DNA of 60,086 nt, taken from NCBI GenBank assembly GCA_016194285.1, contig JACQBZ010000102.1, positions 1-60,086 on the forward strand, in the 5' to 3' direction. The DNA is from Nitrospirota bacterium (lineage in GTDB: Bacteria; Nitrospirota; Nitrospiria; JACQBZ01). Below, one piece after another: positions 17,553 to 27,331 of this stretch. The translations under genes and the position numbers were made by a program. Positions within the stretch are counted from its first letter, which is position 1, and every line of letters begins with the position of its first letter. The notes beneath the pieces are model-generated. The model was not told the origin of the DNA, ran no database searches, and saw only the letters and a program-made list of their open reading frames with translations.

Positions 17553-18440
17553 TCATCCCCGCGGGTGGAGTTGTTGATGAATCTGTTTCAAGCGATGGCG
17601 GGTGACCTGCGTATAGATCTGCGTCGTGGAAAGGTCGGCGTGACCCAGCATGGCCTGGACCGAACGCAGGTCCGCTCCTCGTTCCAATAGATGCGTCGCG
17701 AAGGAATGCCGCAGCATGTGCGGTGAAACAGAACGCTTGATGCCGGCCCGTCGAACGTAATTCTTCAACAGCTTCCAGCAGCCCTGCCGTGTCAACCCGT
17801 CTCCGGAGCGGTTGAGGAAGACCCGGTCGGAGACCTTCCCCTTGGCCAATTTTGCCCGAGCGTTTTCAAGGTACGTCTTGAGCTTTTGAAGCGCCATCTC
17901 GCCCATCGGGATGATCCGCTGTTTACCGCCCTTGCCGGTGGCCAGGACGTATCCGACTTCGGTATGTACGCCCTGCAGCGGCAGCGCGGTCAGTTCCGAG
18001 ACGCGCAGTCCGGTGGCGTACATCAATTCGATCAGGGCATCATCGCGCACGGCCGAAGGCGTGCGGCCCTTGGGAAGGTTGAGCAGGCGTTCGACTTCTT
18101 CAAAGGCCATCGTCTTCGGCAATCGCTTCCAGTCGCGGGGCGATTCCACATTATGGGTGGGATCCGTCTGGAGTATTTTTTCGCGATTGAGAAAACGGTA
18201 ATAGTTGCGAAGGGTCGCGATCTGGCGCGCGAGCGAGCGGGAGGAAAGGCCGTTTTGTTTTCGGGCGGCCAGAAAATCAAGAAGATCCCGGCGGGTGACG
18301 TCTTCCAAATGGTTCAACGCTCTGGCCTTTAGGAATTCCGAGAACCCTTTCAGATCGGCGCCGTAGGCCGCGATCGTGTTCGAAGAGAGTCCCTTCTCGA
18401 CCATCAGGTATTGAAGAAACTGTTGGATATGGGCTTGCAT
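17553..18440 (-). CDS. xerD: Site-specific tyrosine recombinase XerD
   Basis: YATGLRVSEL, GKGGKQR, SPHMLRHSFATHLL and LGHADLSTTQIYT. Start adjusted to MQAHIQQF. Confidence 0.93.
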   Translation of the reverse strand: MQAHIQQFLQYLMVEKGLSSNTIAAYGADLKGFSEFLKARALNHLEDVTRRDLLDFLAARKQNGLSSRSLARQIATLRNYYRFLNREKILQTDPTHNVESPRDWKRLPKTMAFEEVERLLNLPKGRTPSAVRDDALIELMYATGLRVSELTALPLQGVHTEVGYVLATGKGGKQRIIPMGEMALQKLKTYLENARAKLAKGKVSDRVFLNRSGDGLTRQGCWKLLKNYVRRAGIKRSVSPHMLRHSFATHLLERGADLRSVQAMLGHADLSTTQIYTQVTRHRLKQIHQQLHPRG

Positions 18441-18465
18441 GTGGGTGCCTTCGTCAATCTCTATT

Positions 18466-19617
18466 CTACGGTGAACGCAAAGGATAGCCGTTGCGCTTAA
18501 GATGGTTAATGATCCTGCGACTGTGTTCCTGACCCCGTGTTTCAAGAGAGAGATCCACCCGACTCTGGGTGATGGGAAGTCCGGATGAAAGACGATCGTG
18601 AACGATGTGAAGAATGTTGGCGCCCATCTCGCCGATGGCGGCGGCGAGCTTGGCCAGGGCTCCGGGTCGGTCGGGAAGAACGACCGAGAGGCGCAGGAGA
18701 CGACCGGTTCGGACCAGGCCCCGTTCGATAATCCGTTCAAGGAGGGTGACGTCGATGTTTCCGCCGGTGATCACGAGACAGACCGGACCCCGAAGCCGAC
18801 GCCCGTGGTTCAACAGCGCCGCCAGAGGGACGGCGCCGGCCCCTTCGGCGATGATTCGCTTGTGCTCGATCAGCAACAGGACGGCCTCGGCGATCTCGTC
18901 CTCCGCGACCCGGATCGTGCGATCCAGGTACCGCTCCAAAAGCGGCCGCGTTATCCTACCAGGGGATTTAACGGCGATTCCGTCCGCCAGGGTCGGTCGA
19001 GCCGTGGCGGTAACGCCGACGACCTGAATTCCGGGCTTCACCGTTTTCACCGCAATCGCGATTCCGGAAGCGATGCCGCCTCCCCCGACGGGAACAAGGA
19101 TCGTTCGAATGTCCGGTCGGTCTTTTAATATCTCCAGCGCGATGGTTCCCTGACCGGCGATCACCGCCTCATCATCGAAGGCGTGGATGAGAACCCTTCC
19201 TTCCGCCCGCTCGATTTCCCTGGCTTTTTCCACCGCGGCATCGAAGTCTTTTCCGTGAAGAACCACCCGGGCGCCATAAGACCGGCTCGCCTCCTGTTTG
19301 GCGATCGAGGCCCCTTCGGGCATAACGATCGTTGCGGAGATGCCGTGTGTTCGAGCCGCCAGGGCCACGCCTTGCGCGTGGTTTCCCGCCGAAGCCGTCA
19401 CCACGCCCCCTCGTCGCTGCGCCACCGTCAGTTGAGCGATCCGGTTAAACGCCCCGCGGACTTTAAAGGATCCCGTCTTCTGAAGATTTTCAAGTTTTAA
19501 AAGAACCGGCATCCCCGCCTGAAGGCTCAGCGAGCGGGATGAAACCAGCGGGGTCGCGTCGATGGAGGATCGAATTGTTTTGTAGGCCCGTTTGATCGCT
19601 GTTAATCCGATCGACAT
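18466..19617 (-). CDS. ilvA: Threonine ammonia-lyase with C-terminal ACT domain
   Basis: LKLENLQKTGSFKVRGA, ASAGNHAQG, PVGGGG, GGNID and ACT motif LPDRPGAL. Confidence 0.92.
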   Translation of the reverse strand: MSIGLTAIKRAYKTIRSSIDATPLVSSRSLSLQAGMPVLLKLENLQKTGSFKVRGAFNRIAQLTVAQRRGGVVTASAGNHAQGVALAARTHGISATIVMPEGASIAKQEASRSYGARVVLHGKDFDAAVEKAREIERAEGRVLIHAFDDEAVIAGQGTIALEILKDRPDIRTILVPVGGGGIASGIAIAVKTVKPGIQVVGVTATARPTLADGIAVKSPGRITRPLLERYLDRTIRVAEDEIAEAVLLLIEHKRIIAEGAGAVPLAALLNHGRRLRGPVCLVITGGNIDVTLLERIIERGLVRTGRLLRLSVVLPDRPGALAKLAAAIGEMGANILHIVHDRLSSGLPITQSRVDLSLETRGQEHSRRIINHLKRNGYPLRSP

Positions 19618-19709
19618 GGGATGAGTATCCTTTTGGGAGAGAATTGAGTCTTTCTCTGTCACTATAGATAATTTCTTCAGGAAAAACAACCCGCGTCCGA
19701 TCCGTTCTG

Positions 19710-19738
19710 TTGACAAGGTGTTCGGCTTATCTTATAGT
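19710..19738 (+). promoter_or_regulatory. Sigma-70-type promoter
   Basis: TTGACA-N17-TATAGT. Confidence 0.6.
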
Positions 19739-19752
19739 GACTCATAGCGAAG

Positions 19753-21693
19753 ATGACGACGATGACATCGAGGATCCTGATCGTGCAAGCGGGGGCCGGA
19801 ATTTTGGCGGTCCTCCTGTTTTCAGGAACCCTGCTGACGACGCCGGCGGGGGCGCAGCCGCCGCCGGCCGTTGAACCGACGGGTTCCCCCGACGCCGAGG
19901 CACGGGAATTGCTGGACAAGGCCGTCGCGGCCGCCGGTGCGGGCGATCTGGAGCAGGCCCAGCTTACGTATCAACTTTTGCTCACGACCTATCCGCAATC
20001 GCCGGTGAAGGATCAGGTCTATTTCGGATTGGCCCAGATCGACCAGCAACAGCAGAATTATGCCGATGCCGTTGTCCAGTACCAAAAGTTGATCAGCGAA
20101 TTCCCGGCTTCGCCGTTGATTGAGAAGGCCCGGCATGCCTTGGCCGAGGCCTATATTAGTCTCGGCCAGTACGACAGCGCCATCCCGATCCTGGAACGCG
20201 AGCGAAGTCTGAGTCCGGATCCGGCCGCCCGGCAGACGCTGACCGACCGCATCGTTGAAGTTTTTCTCAAGAAAAAGGATCGCGTCCAAGCCATCAATGA
20301 ACTGTTGAAAAAAGAGACGAGTCATGAAGAGGAAAAGCAGGCGGTCGAAAACCGAGTGCAAGAGTTTTTGGATCTGAGCTCACGGTCGGAGCTCAAGGAG
20401 CTAATTCGTCAATTCCCCAAGGGGTATCCGGGCGATGCGGCTTTGCTGAAGCTGGCCGATCTTTACGAGTCGTCCAAGGAATACTTTGAGGCGGAGCGTG
20501 AACTGCGGCGCTTTTTGACGATTTATCCCAAGCACCGGGCCGTTTCGAAGGTGCGGGGCCGGATCGTCGCCATCAAACAGATCTATCTCAGCAACCAGCA
20601 CCTGATCGGCGTCATGCTTCCGCTGTCGGGCCGACTGCAGCCGTTCGGTCAGCAGGTGCTCAACGGAATCCGGCTGGCGTTGGACCCCGCGTCCAACCCG
20701 GTTCCTGAAAAATTCGTCGGAATCGTCGTCAAGAACACGGAAGGGGAGACCACGGCGCTGCAGACCGGTCTGGATGAACTGGCACGGGAATACCGCGTGA
20801 GCGCCATCATCGGACCGATGCTAAGCCGCCAGGTGGCCGCCGCGGCTCCTCGGGCGGACTCCTACCGGATTCCGTTGTTGACACCGGCGGCGTCGCAGGA
20901 TTGGTCTAAATCGTGGAGATATGTTCTGAGGAACTCCGTTACGAATCGACAACAGGCCAGCGAGATCGCGGCGTATGCCGTCAACTCGCTCCATCTGAAG
21001 CGCTTCTGCATCTTGCATTCCGATGACGGGTACGGAATGGAGATGATGAGGTTTTTCTCGGAAGAGGTCCTGAAATTGGGTGGCGAGATCATCGCACGGG
21101 CGTCGTACGACCCGCAGGCCACCGATTTTGGAGCGCAGATCAAGTATCTTAAGGAAACGGATCTCTCCAAATACGGCGTCCTGGGCCCGCCGCCCCAACA
21201 GAAGGGTGAGGTTCGGGAATACACACCCGGTTTCGATGCCGTTTTCCTTCCCGGCGATTACGATCAGGCCGGGCTGATCGCGGCCCAGTTGGCCTTTTAT
21301 AATATTCAAGGCGTGACGCTTCTGGGCACAAACGGGTGGGACTCCCAGGATCTTTTCCGGATCGGCGGGAAATATATCGACGGTGGGATATTTGTGGACG
21401 GTTTCTTTCCCGGCAGTGCCGAACCGCAGGTGCAGTCCTTTGTGGAACGCTATCGCAACCGGTACGAGGAGGAACCGACGCTTCTGGCGGCCCAAGCGTA
21501 TGACGCCGTCAGCCTGGTTCTCCGAGCCCTGCAACAAGGCGCCGTGACCGGCGAGGCCGTGCGGGATTTCCTTGGACGAATTCGAAACTTTTCGGGAGTC
21601 ACCGGGTCGATCAGTTACACGCCGGACGGAGACCTGGCGAAACGGCTTTATGTGATACAGGCCAAGGACGGCAAATTCGTCCAGATCAATTAG
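19753..21693 (+). CDS. TPR/BamD-like domain plus LpoA-type periplasmic binding domain (PBP activator-like)
   Basis: N-terminal TPRs (YPQSP, FPASP), then IGVMLPLSG, IIGPML, FDAVFLP, LLGTNGW and AQAYDA. Confidence 0.8.
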   Translation: MTTMTSRILIVQAGAGILAVLLFSGTLLTTPAGAQPPPAVEPTGSPDAEARELLDKAVAAAGAGDLEQAQLTYQLLLTTYPQSPVKDQVYFGLAQIDQQQQNYADAVVQYQKLISEFPASPLIEKARHALAEAYISLGQYDSAIPILERERSLSPDPAARQTLTDRIVEVFLKKKDRVQAINELLKKETSHEEEKQAVENRVQEFLDLSSRSELKELIRQFPKGYPGDAALLKLADLYESSKEYFEAERELRRFLTIYPKHRAVSKVRGRIVAIKQIYLSNQHLIGVMLPLSGRLQPFGQQVLNGIRLALDPASNPVPEKFVGIVVKNTEGETTALQTGLDELAREYRVSAIIGPMLSRQVAAAAPRADSYRIPLLTPAASQDWSKSWRYVLRNSVTNRQQASEIAAYAVNSLHLKRFCILHSDDGYGMEMMRFFSEEVLKLGGEIIARASYDPQATDFGAQIKYLKETDLSKYGVLGPPPQQKGEVREYTPGFDAVFLPGDYDQAGLIAAQLAFYNIQGVTLLGTNGWDSQDLFRIGGKYIDGGIFVDGFFPGSAEPQVQSFVERYRNRYEEEPTLLAAQAYDAVSLVLRALQQGAVTGEAVRDFLGRIRNFSGVTGSISYTPDGDLAKRLYVIQAKDGKFVQIN

Positions 21694-21757
21694 GAGGCAG
21701 TACGCTGCGGTCTCCTCGGTCCCTGCGGCCTCGCATCTGGAACTTTTTGAGCAGCCT
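21694..21757 (-). repeat. Partial MITE-like element
   Basis: Minus strand AGGCTGCTCAAAAAGTTCCAGATGCGAGGCCGCAG...GCAGCGTAC, an inverted-repeat-like end with only one arm present. Confidence 0.45.
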
Positions 21758-21806
21758 TAAGAATGAAAGTTTTTCCAGCAACATTATAGAATAGAGATAT
21801 TTTTTT

Positions 21807-22532
21807 ATGAATATCGATCATATCGTTCAGGAGATTTCGATCTCGGCCATCCCGATCCTTTTGGCGGTCATCTTTCACGAGGTGGCCCATGGCTGGGTGG
21901 CGAACAAGCGGGGCGATCCGACCGCTCGGCTGATGGGCCGCCTGACGCTCAACCCGCTGCCGCACATCGATCCGGTCGGGACAGTCATCATTCCGATTTT
22001 TTTGTTGATCGCCACCAAGGGCAGCTTCGTGTTCGGCTACGCGAAACCCGTCCCGGTGAATTTCATGAACCTTCGCCGGCCCAAGGAGGACATGATATTG
22101 GTGGCAGGCGCAGGCCCGGCCACGAATCTGCTCCTGGCGATCCTCTGCGGGTTCCTGTTTCGAATGATCTTGGCGATCAACCCGAGTCTCATACTGCATC
22201 TGCGTCCGGGAGGCGGACCGTCCGCCTGGAGCGATCCGGTCGCGATCATCCTGATTCCGATTCTGCTGATGCTTATTGAAGCGGTGAAATGGAACGTCGT
22301 CTTGGCGATCTTCAACATGATCCCCATCCCGCCGTTGGACGGCGGGCGGGTCATGGTCGGACTTCTTCCCGACCGGCAATCGGAGGCCTGGAGCAGCATC
22401 GAGCCGTTTGGGTTTTTTATCATCATTGCGCTCGTCCTCCTGGATCCGTTCGGGTTCTGGTCGCAGATTATCTCGCCGCTGATTATGAACATGATGATGT
22501 GGATCCTGGGCATCAACCCGTTCTTTTTTTAA
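21807..22532 (+). CDS. Site-2 protease (M50 family)
   Basis: HEVAH, AGPATN and FNMIPIPPLDG motifs. Confidence 0.93.
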   Translation: MNIDHIVQEISISAIPILLAVIFHEVAHGWVANKRGDPTARLMGRLTLNPLPHIDPVGTVIIPIFLLIATKGSFVFGYAKPVPVNFMNLRRPKEDMILVAGAGPATNLLLAILCGFLFRMILAINPSLILHLRPGGGPSAWSDPVAIILIPILLMLIEAVKWNVVLAIFNMIPIPPLDGGRVMVGLLPDRQSEAWSSIEPFGFFIIIALVLLDPFGFWSQIISPLIMNMMMWILGINPFFF

Positions 22533-22559
22533 GACCCATCGAAAAGGAGGCACCCGAGG

Positions 22560-23549
22560 GTGAAATCGCAAAAAAAGCGCATGCTGAGCGGGATGCAACC
22601 CAGCGGGCGTTTGCATCTGGGAAATCTACTGGGGGCGCTGGACAACTGGATTAAATACCAGAGAGACTACGACGCTTATTTTTTTGTGGCGGACTGGCAC
22701 GCCCTGTCGACGAATTATGCCGACACCCATAAGATTCGCGAGTACGTTCAGGAGATGCTGATCGACTGGCTTTCGGCCGGGATCGACCCCGAGAAATGCA
22801 CCGTCTTCATTCAGTCCCGACTTCCGGAGCATGCCGTGCTGCACCTGCTCCTGTCGATGATCACGCCGGTGCCGTGGCTGGAGCGGAACCCCACCTACAA
22901 GGAGAAGATCGAGGAACTTCGCGAGCGGGATCTGACGACGTACGGTTTTCTGGGATATCCCGTCCTTCAGTCGGCCGATATTCTGATCTACAAGGCCGAT
23001 GTGGTGCCGGTGGGCGTGGATCAGCTTCCGCATCTCGAATTGACGCGCGAGTTGGCGCGACGGTTTAACAATCTCTACAAGACCGTGTTTCCCGAGCCGC
23101 AGCCCCTTCTCACGGAGGTGCCGAAACTTTTGGGAACCGACGGGCGGAAAATGAGCAAGAGCTACAACAACGCGATCTATCTCTCCGATCCCGAACCGGT
23201 CGTGCGTGAAAAACTCCGGACGATGGTGACCGATCCGGCCCGGATCCGGCGGACCGATCCGGGCAATCCGGATGTCTGTCCCGTCTTCTCCTATCATAAG
23301 ATCTTCTCCGAGATCGGGGTCGTCGACCGGGTCAACACGGAATGCCGGACGGCCGCCATCGGCTGCATTGACTGCAAAAAGCTGGTGGCCGACCGGATGG
23401 TCCATCGGCTCGACCCGATCTGGAAGGAGCGGGAGAAGTGGGTGAAGCATCCCAAGAAGGTTGAAACGGTTGTGACCGAAGGCACGAAGAAGGCCGGTCA
23501 GGTGGCCCGACAGACCCTCGACGAGGTTCGGGAGGCGATGAAGATATAA
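22560..23549 (+). CDS. trpS: Tryptophan--tRNA ligase
   Basis: SGMQPSGRLHLGN, YPVLQSADIL, VPVGVDQ and KMSKS. Confidence 0.97.
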   Translation: MKSQKKRMLSGMQPSGRLHLGNLLGALDNWIKYQRDYDAYFFVADWHALSTNYADTHKIREYVQEMLIDWLSAGIDPEKCTVFIQSRLPEHAVLHLLLSMITPVPWLERNPTYKEKIEELRERDLTTYGFLGYPVLQSADILIYKADVVPVGVDQLPHLELTRELARRFNNLYKTVFPEPQPLLTEVPKLLGTDGRKMSKSYNNAIYLSDPEPVVREKLRTMVTDPARIRRTDPGNPDVCPVFSYHKIFSEIGVVDRVNTECRTAAIGCIDCKKLVADRMVHRLDPIWKEREKWVKHPKKVETVVTEGTKKAGQVARQTLDEVREAMKI

Positions 23550-23550
23550 C

Positions 23551-24348
23551 ATGCACCCTAATCTCATCCAATTCGGTCCCGTCACGATCCGCTACTACGG
23601 GCTGATGTATTTCATCGCGGCAATGGTCGGCGGCTGGCTGCTCGCCAAAGAGGTCCGCCGGAAGGGGATCCCGCTCTCGATCGACGACAGCTGGAACCTG
23701 ATCATGTACTGTCTTTTGGGCGGGATCCTGGGCGCCCGGATCTATTACGTCGCGTTCAACTGGTCTTACTACGGCGAAAATCCTTCGGAGATCCCCGCGA
23801 TCTGGCACGGCGGTCTTGCGATTCACGGCGGACTCATCGGCGGGGTGCTGATCGGGATCTGGTTCGTTCGTCGTCACCGCGTCTCATTTTGGCAACTGGC
23901 CGATGCCGGCGCGCCGAGCGTTATCCTGGGCCAGGCCTTCGGACGATTTGGAAATTTCATGAACGGGGATGCGCATGGTACGCCGACGACGATGCCGTGG
24001 GGCATCGTTTTTCCACCCGGGAGCATCGCCGGACAACAGTTTGGTTCGGTCCCGCTCCATCCGACCATGCTGTACGAGCTGGTGCTGAACGTGATGACCT
24101 TTGCCTTTCTCTGGTCCGTCCGGAAGCGTCCCTGGGGCGACGGTTTCATCTTCTGTCTCTATCTGATCTGCTATTCCGTTGTCCGTTCCATCGTGACCTT
24201 CTTCCGCGCCGACGATTTGTATCTGGGACCCTTGCGCGCGCCGCATGTGGCGAGCGTTCTGCTCATTCTCGCTGCGGGAGGGTATATCATTAAAAACAGG
24301 CTCTGGGAACAAAAAGCGGTTCCGTCCGGAAAACCAAAACGGAGATGA
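23551..24348 (+). CDS. lgt: Prolipoprotein diacylglyceryl transferase
   Basis: IRYYGL, GARIYYV, GGLAIHGG, GRFGNFMN and HPTMLYE. Confidence 0.96.
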   Translation: MHPNLIQFGPVTIRYYGLMYFIAAMVGGWLLAKEVRRKGIPLSIDDSWNLIMYCLLGGILGARIYYVAFNWSYYGENPSEIPAIWHGGLAIHGGLIGGVLIGIWFVRRHRVSFWQLADAGAPSVILGQAFGRFGNFMNGDAHGTPTTMPWGIVFPPGSIAGQQFGSVPLHPTMLYELVLNVMTFAFLWSVRKRPWGDGFIFCLYLICYSVVRSIVTFFRADDLYLGPLRAPHVASVLLILAAGGYIIKNRLWEQKAVPSGKPKRR

Positions 24349-24366
24349 GCAGGTTCCTCGTTGGAA

Positions 24367-24412
24367 CGATCCGGCGGGTCGCCCAGATAAAGGGCGAGGC
24401 AGAGCCTCGCCC
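24367..24412. repeat. REP-like hairpin pair
   Basis: CGATCCGGCGGGTCG and GGGCGAGGC-AGA-GCCTCGCCC hairpins in the intergenic gap. Confidence 0.5.
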
Positions 24413-24464
24413 CGGAGGACAGGACCCGCTTGTAAGACAAGATGATTGATCGAAAGCCGCTTCG

Positions 24465-24680
24465 ATGAAACCCTGCTGCCTTCAGTCCATGAAACGGTAC
24501 ATCAAGAAACAGCGGGACGTCGCGACCTGCGACGGCTGCGGCCAACTGCTGCTGGCTTATGGAAATCCGCGGGATCTTGAAGAAACGAAAAAGGCGTTGA
24601 CGGCCCAGGGCGTGCCGTTCGAAGTGGAGGCATTCAGTCATCTTCAGGTGATTGCGAAACCGAGGCTCAAAAAAAAATGA
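24465..24680 (+). CDS. Small Cys-containing hypothetical protein
   Basis: 71 aa with CC and CDGC. Its stop overlaps the next start (ATGA). Confidence 0.7.
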   Translation: MKPCCLQSMKRYIKKQRDVATCDGCGQLLLAYGNPRDLEETKKALTAQGVPFEVEAFSHLQVIAKPRLKKK

Positions 24681-25396
24681 TCGCGGCCAGACCGTTTCAT
24701 TGGTCCTTTTACACCTTCGCGCCGTTTACCGTGGCCATGCTCTTTCTGGACTCGAAATGGGTTTTGGCCCACGGGCTGAATGGACAAGTCCTGGACAACA
24801 TCTTCGTGCCCCTTTATGTCTACGCCATGTATCGGACGATGCCGGATGAACGCCTGAAGAAGATCATGTTGATCACGATCCCGGTGTCGGCGGTCGGCGA
24901 AATCTTTTTTAGTATGGGAATCGAGCTCTACACCTACAAGTTCGGCTATGTCCCGATCTATGTCCCGTTCGGCCATGCGCTCGTCATCGGGAGCGGCTTT
25001 CAGCTTCTCTGGTATTCAAAAGTTCACAATCGTTCCGACGGTATCATCAAACTATTTTTGTCGCTCTATGCCGTTCTTTTCCTCGGCGTCTTTCTGGTTT
25101 TCCATGACAGCTTCACGATCCTTCTCGGCCTGCTTTATTTTCTGGGCGTTTTTGCGATGAAGCAAAGGGTGATCTACATGTTCATGCCGCTCTTCGTCCT
25201 GTTCGTCGAGTTCGTCGGAACGGCTTTCGGCTGCTGGTCCTGGTCTCCCAAACCATTCGGTTTCTTATCCACCACCAATCCGCCCATGGGCTCGGTCATG
25301 TTCTATGTCTATCTGGATATCATCGTCATGGTTCTGGGGAGTGCGTGGGCGACTTTTTCAAGTGAACAGCCGTTGACAATCGGCAAAAGGATATGA
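24677..25396 (+). CDS. Hypothetical polytopic membrane protein
   Basis: About 7 hydrophobic segments with the motifs LYTY, VPIYVPFGH, E..GT..GCW and NPP. Confidence 0.75.
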   Translation: MIAARPFHWSFYTFAPFTVAMLFLDSKWVLAHGLNGQVLDNIFVPLYVYAMYRTMPDERLKKIMLITIPVSAVGEIFFSMGIELYTYKFGYVPIYVPFGHALVIGSGFQLLWYSKVHNRSDGIIKLFLSLYAVLFLGVFLVFHDSFTILLGLLYFLGVFAMKQRVIYMFMPLFVLFVEFVGTAFGCWSWSPKPFGFLSTTNPPMGSVMFYVYLDIIVMVLGSAWATFSSEQPLTIGKRI

Positions 25397-25418
25397 TATT
25401 TTGAAAATCGATTTGATA

Positions 25419-25474
25419 GGCGATGGGGTTCGCCGTTAACCGTCCCAATAATTTCCAGGACTGATGACCCCTAC
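25419..25474 (+). ncRNA. Fluoride (crcB) riboswitch
   Basis: GGCGATGGGGTTCGCC-GTTAACC-GTCC...GGAC-TGATGACCCCTAC matches the aptamer consensus, including the GGGGT/ACCCC pseudoknot. Confidence 0.92.
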
Positions 25475-25502
25475 TCCGTGAAAAACCGAGTAGGGGTTTT
25501 TT
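25467..25502 (+). terminator. Riboswitch intrinsic terminator (expression platform)
   Basis: ACCCCTACTC...GAGTAGGGGT followed by a T-tract. Its 5' arm overlaps the aptamer pseudoknot strand. Confidence 0.85.
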
Positions 25503-25558
25503 GTTGTCTGAAGAAAGCCCGGCGACGTTTCTTTTTTTTGGTAAAGGGGAAGTTCAAC

Positions 25559-26764
25559 GTGGAAAACAATCTCCTAATCGCCATGACCTGGTTGATCCTG
25601 GCCCTCGCGGCCTCTCTGATCTCGATACGGATCGGCGTCTCGGTGGCCCTGGTCGAGATCCTGGTGGGCACTCTGGGGGGAAATTTCATTGGATTGCACC
25701 CCAACGACTGGATCAATGTGCTGGCCGGTTTTGGAAGCGTCGTCCTCACCTTCTTGGCCGGGGCCGAGTTGGACCCAAAAGTGCTCCGGAGAAAATGGAA
25801 GGAGAGTCTCGGCATCGGATTCGCCTCGTTCTTCGCGCCGTTTCTCGGTGCGATGGCCTATGCCTACTGGGTGGCGGGCTGGTCGCCGGAATCGTCCCAG
25901 ATCGCGGGCATTGCGCTGTCGACCACTTCGGTGGCGGTGGTGTATGCCGTCATGGTCGAACGAGGGTACAACCAGACCGAACTGGGCCAGGTGATCCTGG
26001 CCGCCTGCTTCATTACGGACCTGGGAACCGTGCTGGCGCTGGGATTGCTGTTTGCGAGTTATGATTTATGGCTTGTGGTTTTTGTGGCCGTGTTGGCCTT
26101 GTCCCTCTGGCTCCTGCCGCGGACGACCCCTTGGGTCTTCTCACGCATGGGCAGCCACATCAGCGAGCCGGAAACAAAATATATCTTGATCGTGCTGTTC
26201 GGCCTCGGCGCCCTTTCGATGGCCGCCAAGAGCGAGGCGGTGCTTCCCGCTTACCTCATCGGGATGGTGTTGGCGCCGGTCTTTCTGGCGAATCGGACAC
26301 TGGCACAGCGACTGCGCGTCATGACCTTCACACTGCTGACCCCGTTTTACTTTCTGAAAGCCGGAGCCCTGGTGAATCTATCCGCTATGACGACCAGCGT
26401 GGTCTTGATCGGCATCTTTCTGGCGGTCAAGATCGCGGCCAAGTTTATCGGCGTCTGGCCATTGACCCATTTCTTCCGGTTCGGAAAACGGGAGGGTATG
26501 TACACCACGCTGCTCATGTCTACGGGGCTGACGTTCGGGACGATCTCGTCGCTATACGGACTGAGCCATAAACTGATCAATCAAACTCAGTACACTATCC
26601 TTGTGACGGTCGTCATTTTGAGCGCCGTCGTGCCGACCGTCTTCGCCGAGCGCTGGTTTGATCCCAACGGAAAGGCCGAGAAGGACGAGGAGGGATTGAC
26701 GGATTCGCGCAAAGAGATTAAAACGGTATCACCCGCAGCGGTCTTTAAAAAAGGAGAAAACTGA
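25559..26764 (+). CDS. Cation:proton antiporter (Na+/H+ exchanger family)
   Basis: LTFLAGAELD, IALSTTSVAVV and FITDLGTV motifs. GTG start after an AGGGGA RBS. Confidence 0.9.
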   Translation: MENNLLIAMTWLILALAASLISIRIGVSVALVEILVGTLGGNFIGLHPNDWINVLAGFGSVVLTFLAGAELDPKVLRRKWKESLGIGFASFFAPFLGAMAYAYWVAGWSPESSQIAGIALSTTSVAVVYAVMVERGYNQTELGQVILAACFITDLGTVLALGLLFASYDLWLVVFVAVLALSLWLLPRTTPWVFSRMGSHISEPETKYILIVLFGLGALSMAAKSEAVLPAYLIGMVLAPVFLANRTLAQRLRVMTFTLLTPFYFLKAGALVNLSAMTTSVVLIGIFLAVKIAAKFIGVWPLTHFFRFGKREGMYTTLLMSTGLTFGTISSLYGLSHKLINQTQYTILVTVVILSAVVPTVFAERWFDPNGKAEKDEEGLTDSRKEIKTVSPAAVFKKGEN

Positions 26765-27186
26765 TGTTCTCAAAAATCCTCATCGCACATGACGGCTCGG
26801 AAGGGGCGAAGAAGGCGCTGAGCCTGGCGATTGATCTGGCCAAACGTTATCAAGCCGAGCTGCATTCCATCTCGGTCGAGGAACATCTGCCGCATTATGC
26901 CGCCACGGTCGGCGAGGTGTTAGAGGCGCGCTCCGAGGCGGACGACTATTTCAAAAAGATCACGAAGGACGCCGAGGTTCTCGCAACCCAACAAGGCGTC
27001 ATGCTTCATTCGCATGTCGTGCCCGGTCACGAAGTCGAGACGGTCGTCACTTTCGCTAAGGAGAAGGGTTTCGATCTCCTTGTGATCGGCTTCATGGGCC
27101 ACTCGAAAATCTTCGGCCGGATCTGGGGCAGCACTTCACAAAATCTGACCCGCCTTTCACCTTGCACGGTTTTGGTGGTTAAGTAA
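26764..27186 (+). CDS. Universal stress protein
   Basis: KILIAHDGS, DLLVIG and GSTSQNL...PCTVLVVK. Confidence 0.93.
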   Translation: MFSKILIAHDGSEGAKKALSLAIDLAKRYQAELHSISVEEHLPHYAATVGEVLEARSEADDYFKKITKDAEVLATQQGVMLHSHVVPGHEVETVVTFAKEKGFDLLVIGFMGHSKIFGRIWGSTSQNLTRLSPCTVLVVK

Positions 27187-27203
27187 TAAGCATCCCGTCA
27201 AAA

Positions 27204-27317
27204 CCACAATATCTCGTTAGCTCCATATTTTGTTCCCCCATATCTTGAATTTCTTCTTGACAACGAAATCGATTCTGCTATAGTAGCATCCAAACAAACG
27301 GCTACTATATCTTGTAG
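27204..27317 (+). promoter_or_regulatory. Cluster of NrdR-like boxes around a sigma-70 promoter
   Basis: CCACAATATCTCGTTA (27204), GCTCCATATTTTGTTC (27220), CCCCCATATCTTGAAT (27235) and CTACTATATCTTGTAG (27302). Promoter TTGACA-N16-TATAGT at 27257-27284. Confidence 0.75.
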
Positions 27318-27331
27318 GTGGGGAAGGGTGA

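Noticed and set aside
17553-18440. Tyrosine recombinase as the integron integrase for the cassette array
   Set aside because: It has XerD length and motifs, shows no IntI-specific insertion between the GKG patch and the HxLRH box, sits in a housekeeping context and is 8 kb away.
25478-25558. N-terminal extension of the antiporter in the ORF track
   Set aside because: It overlaps the riboswitch terminator. The GTG at 25559 has an RBS and fits the family start.
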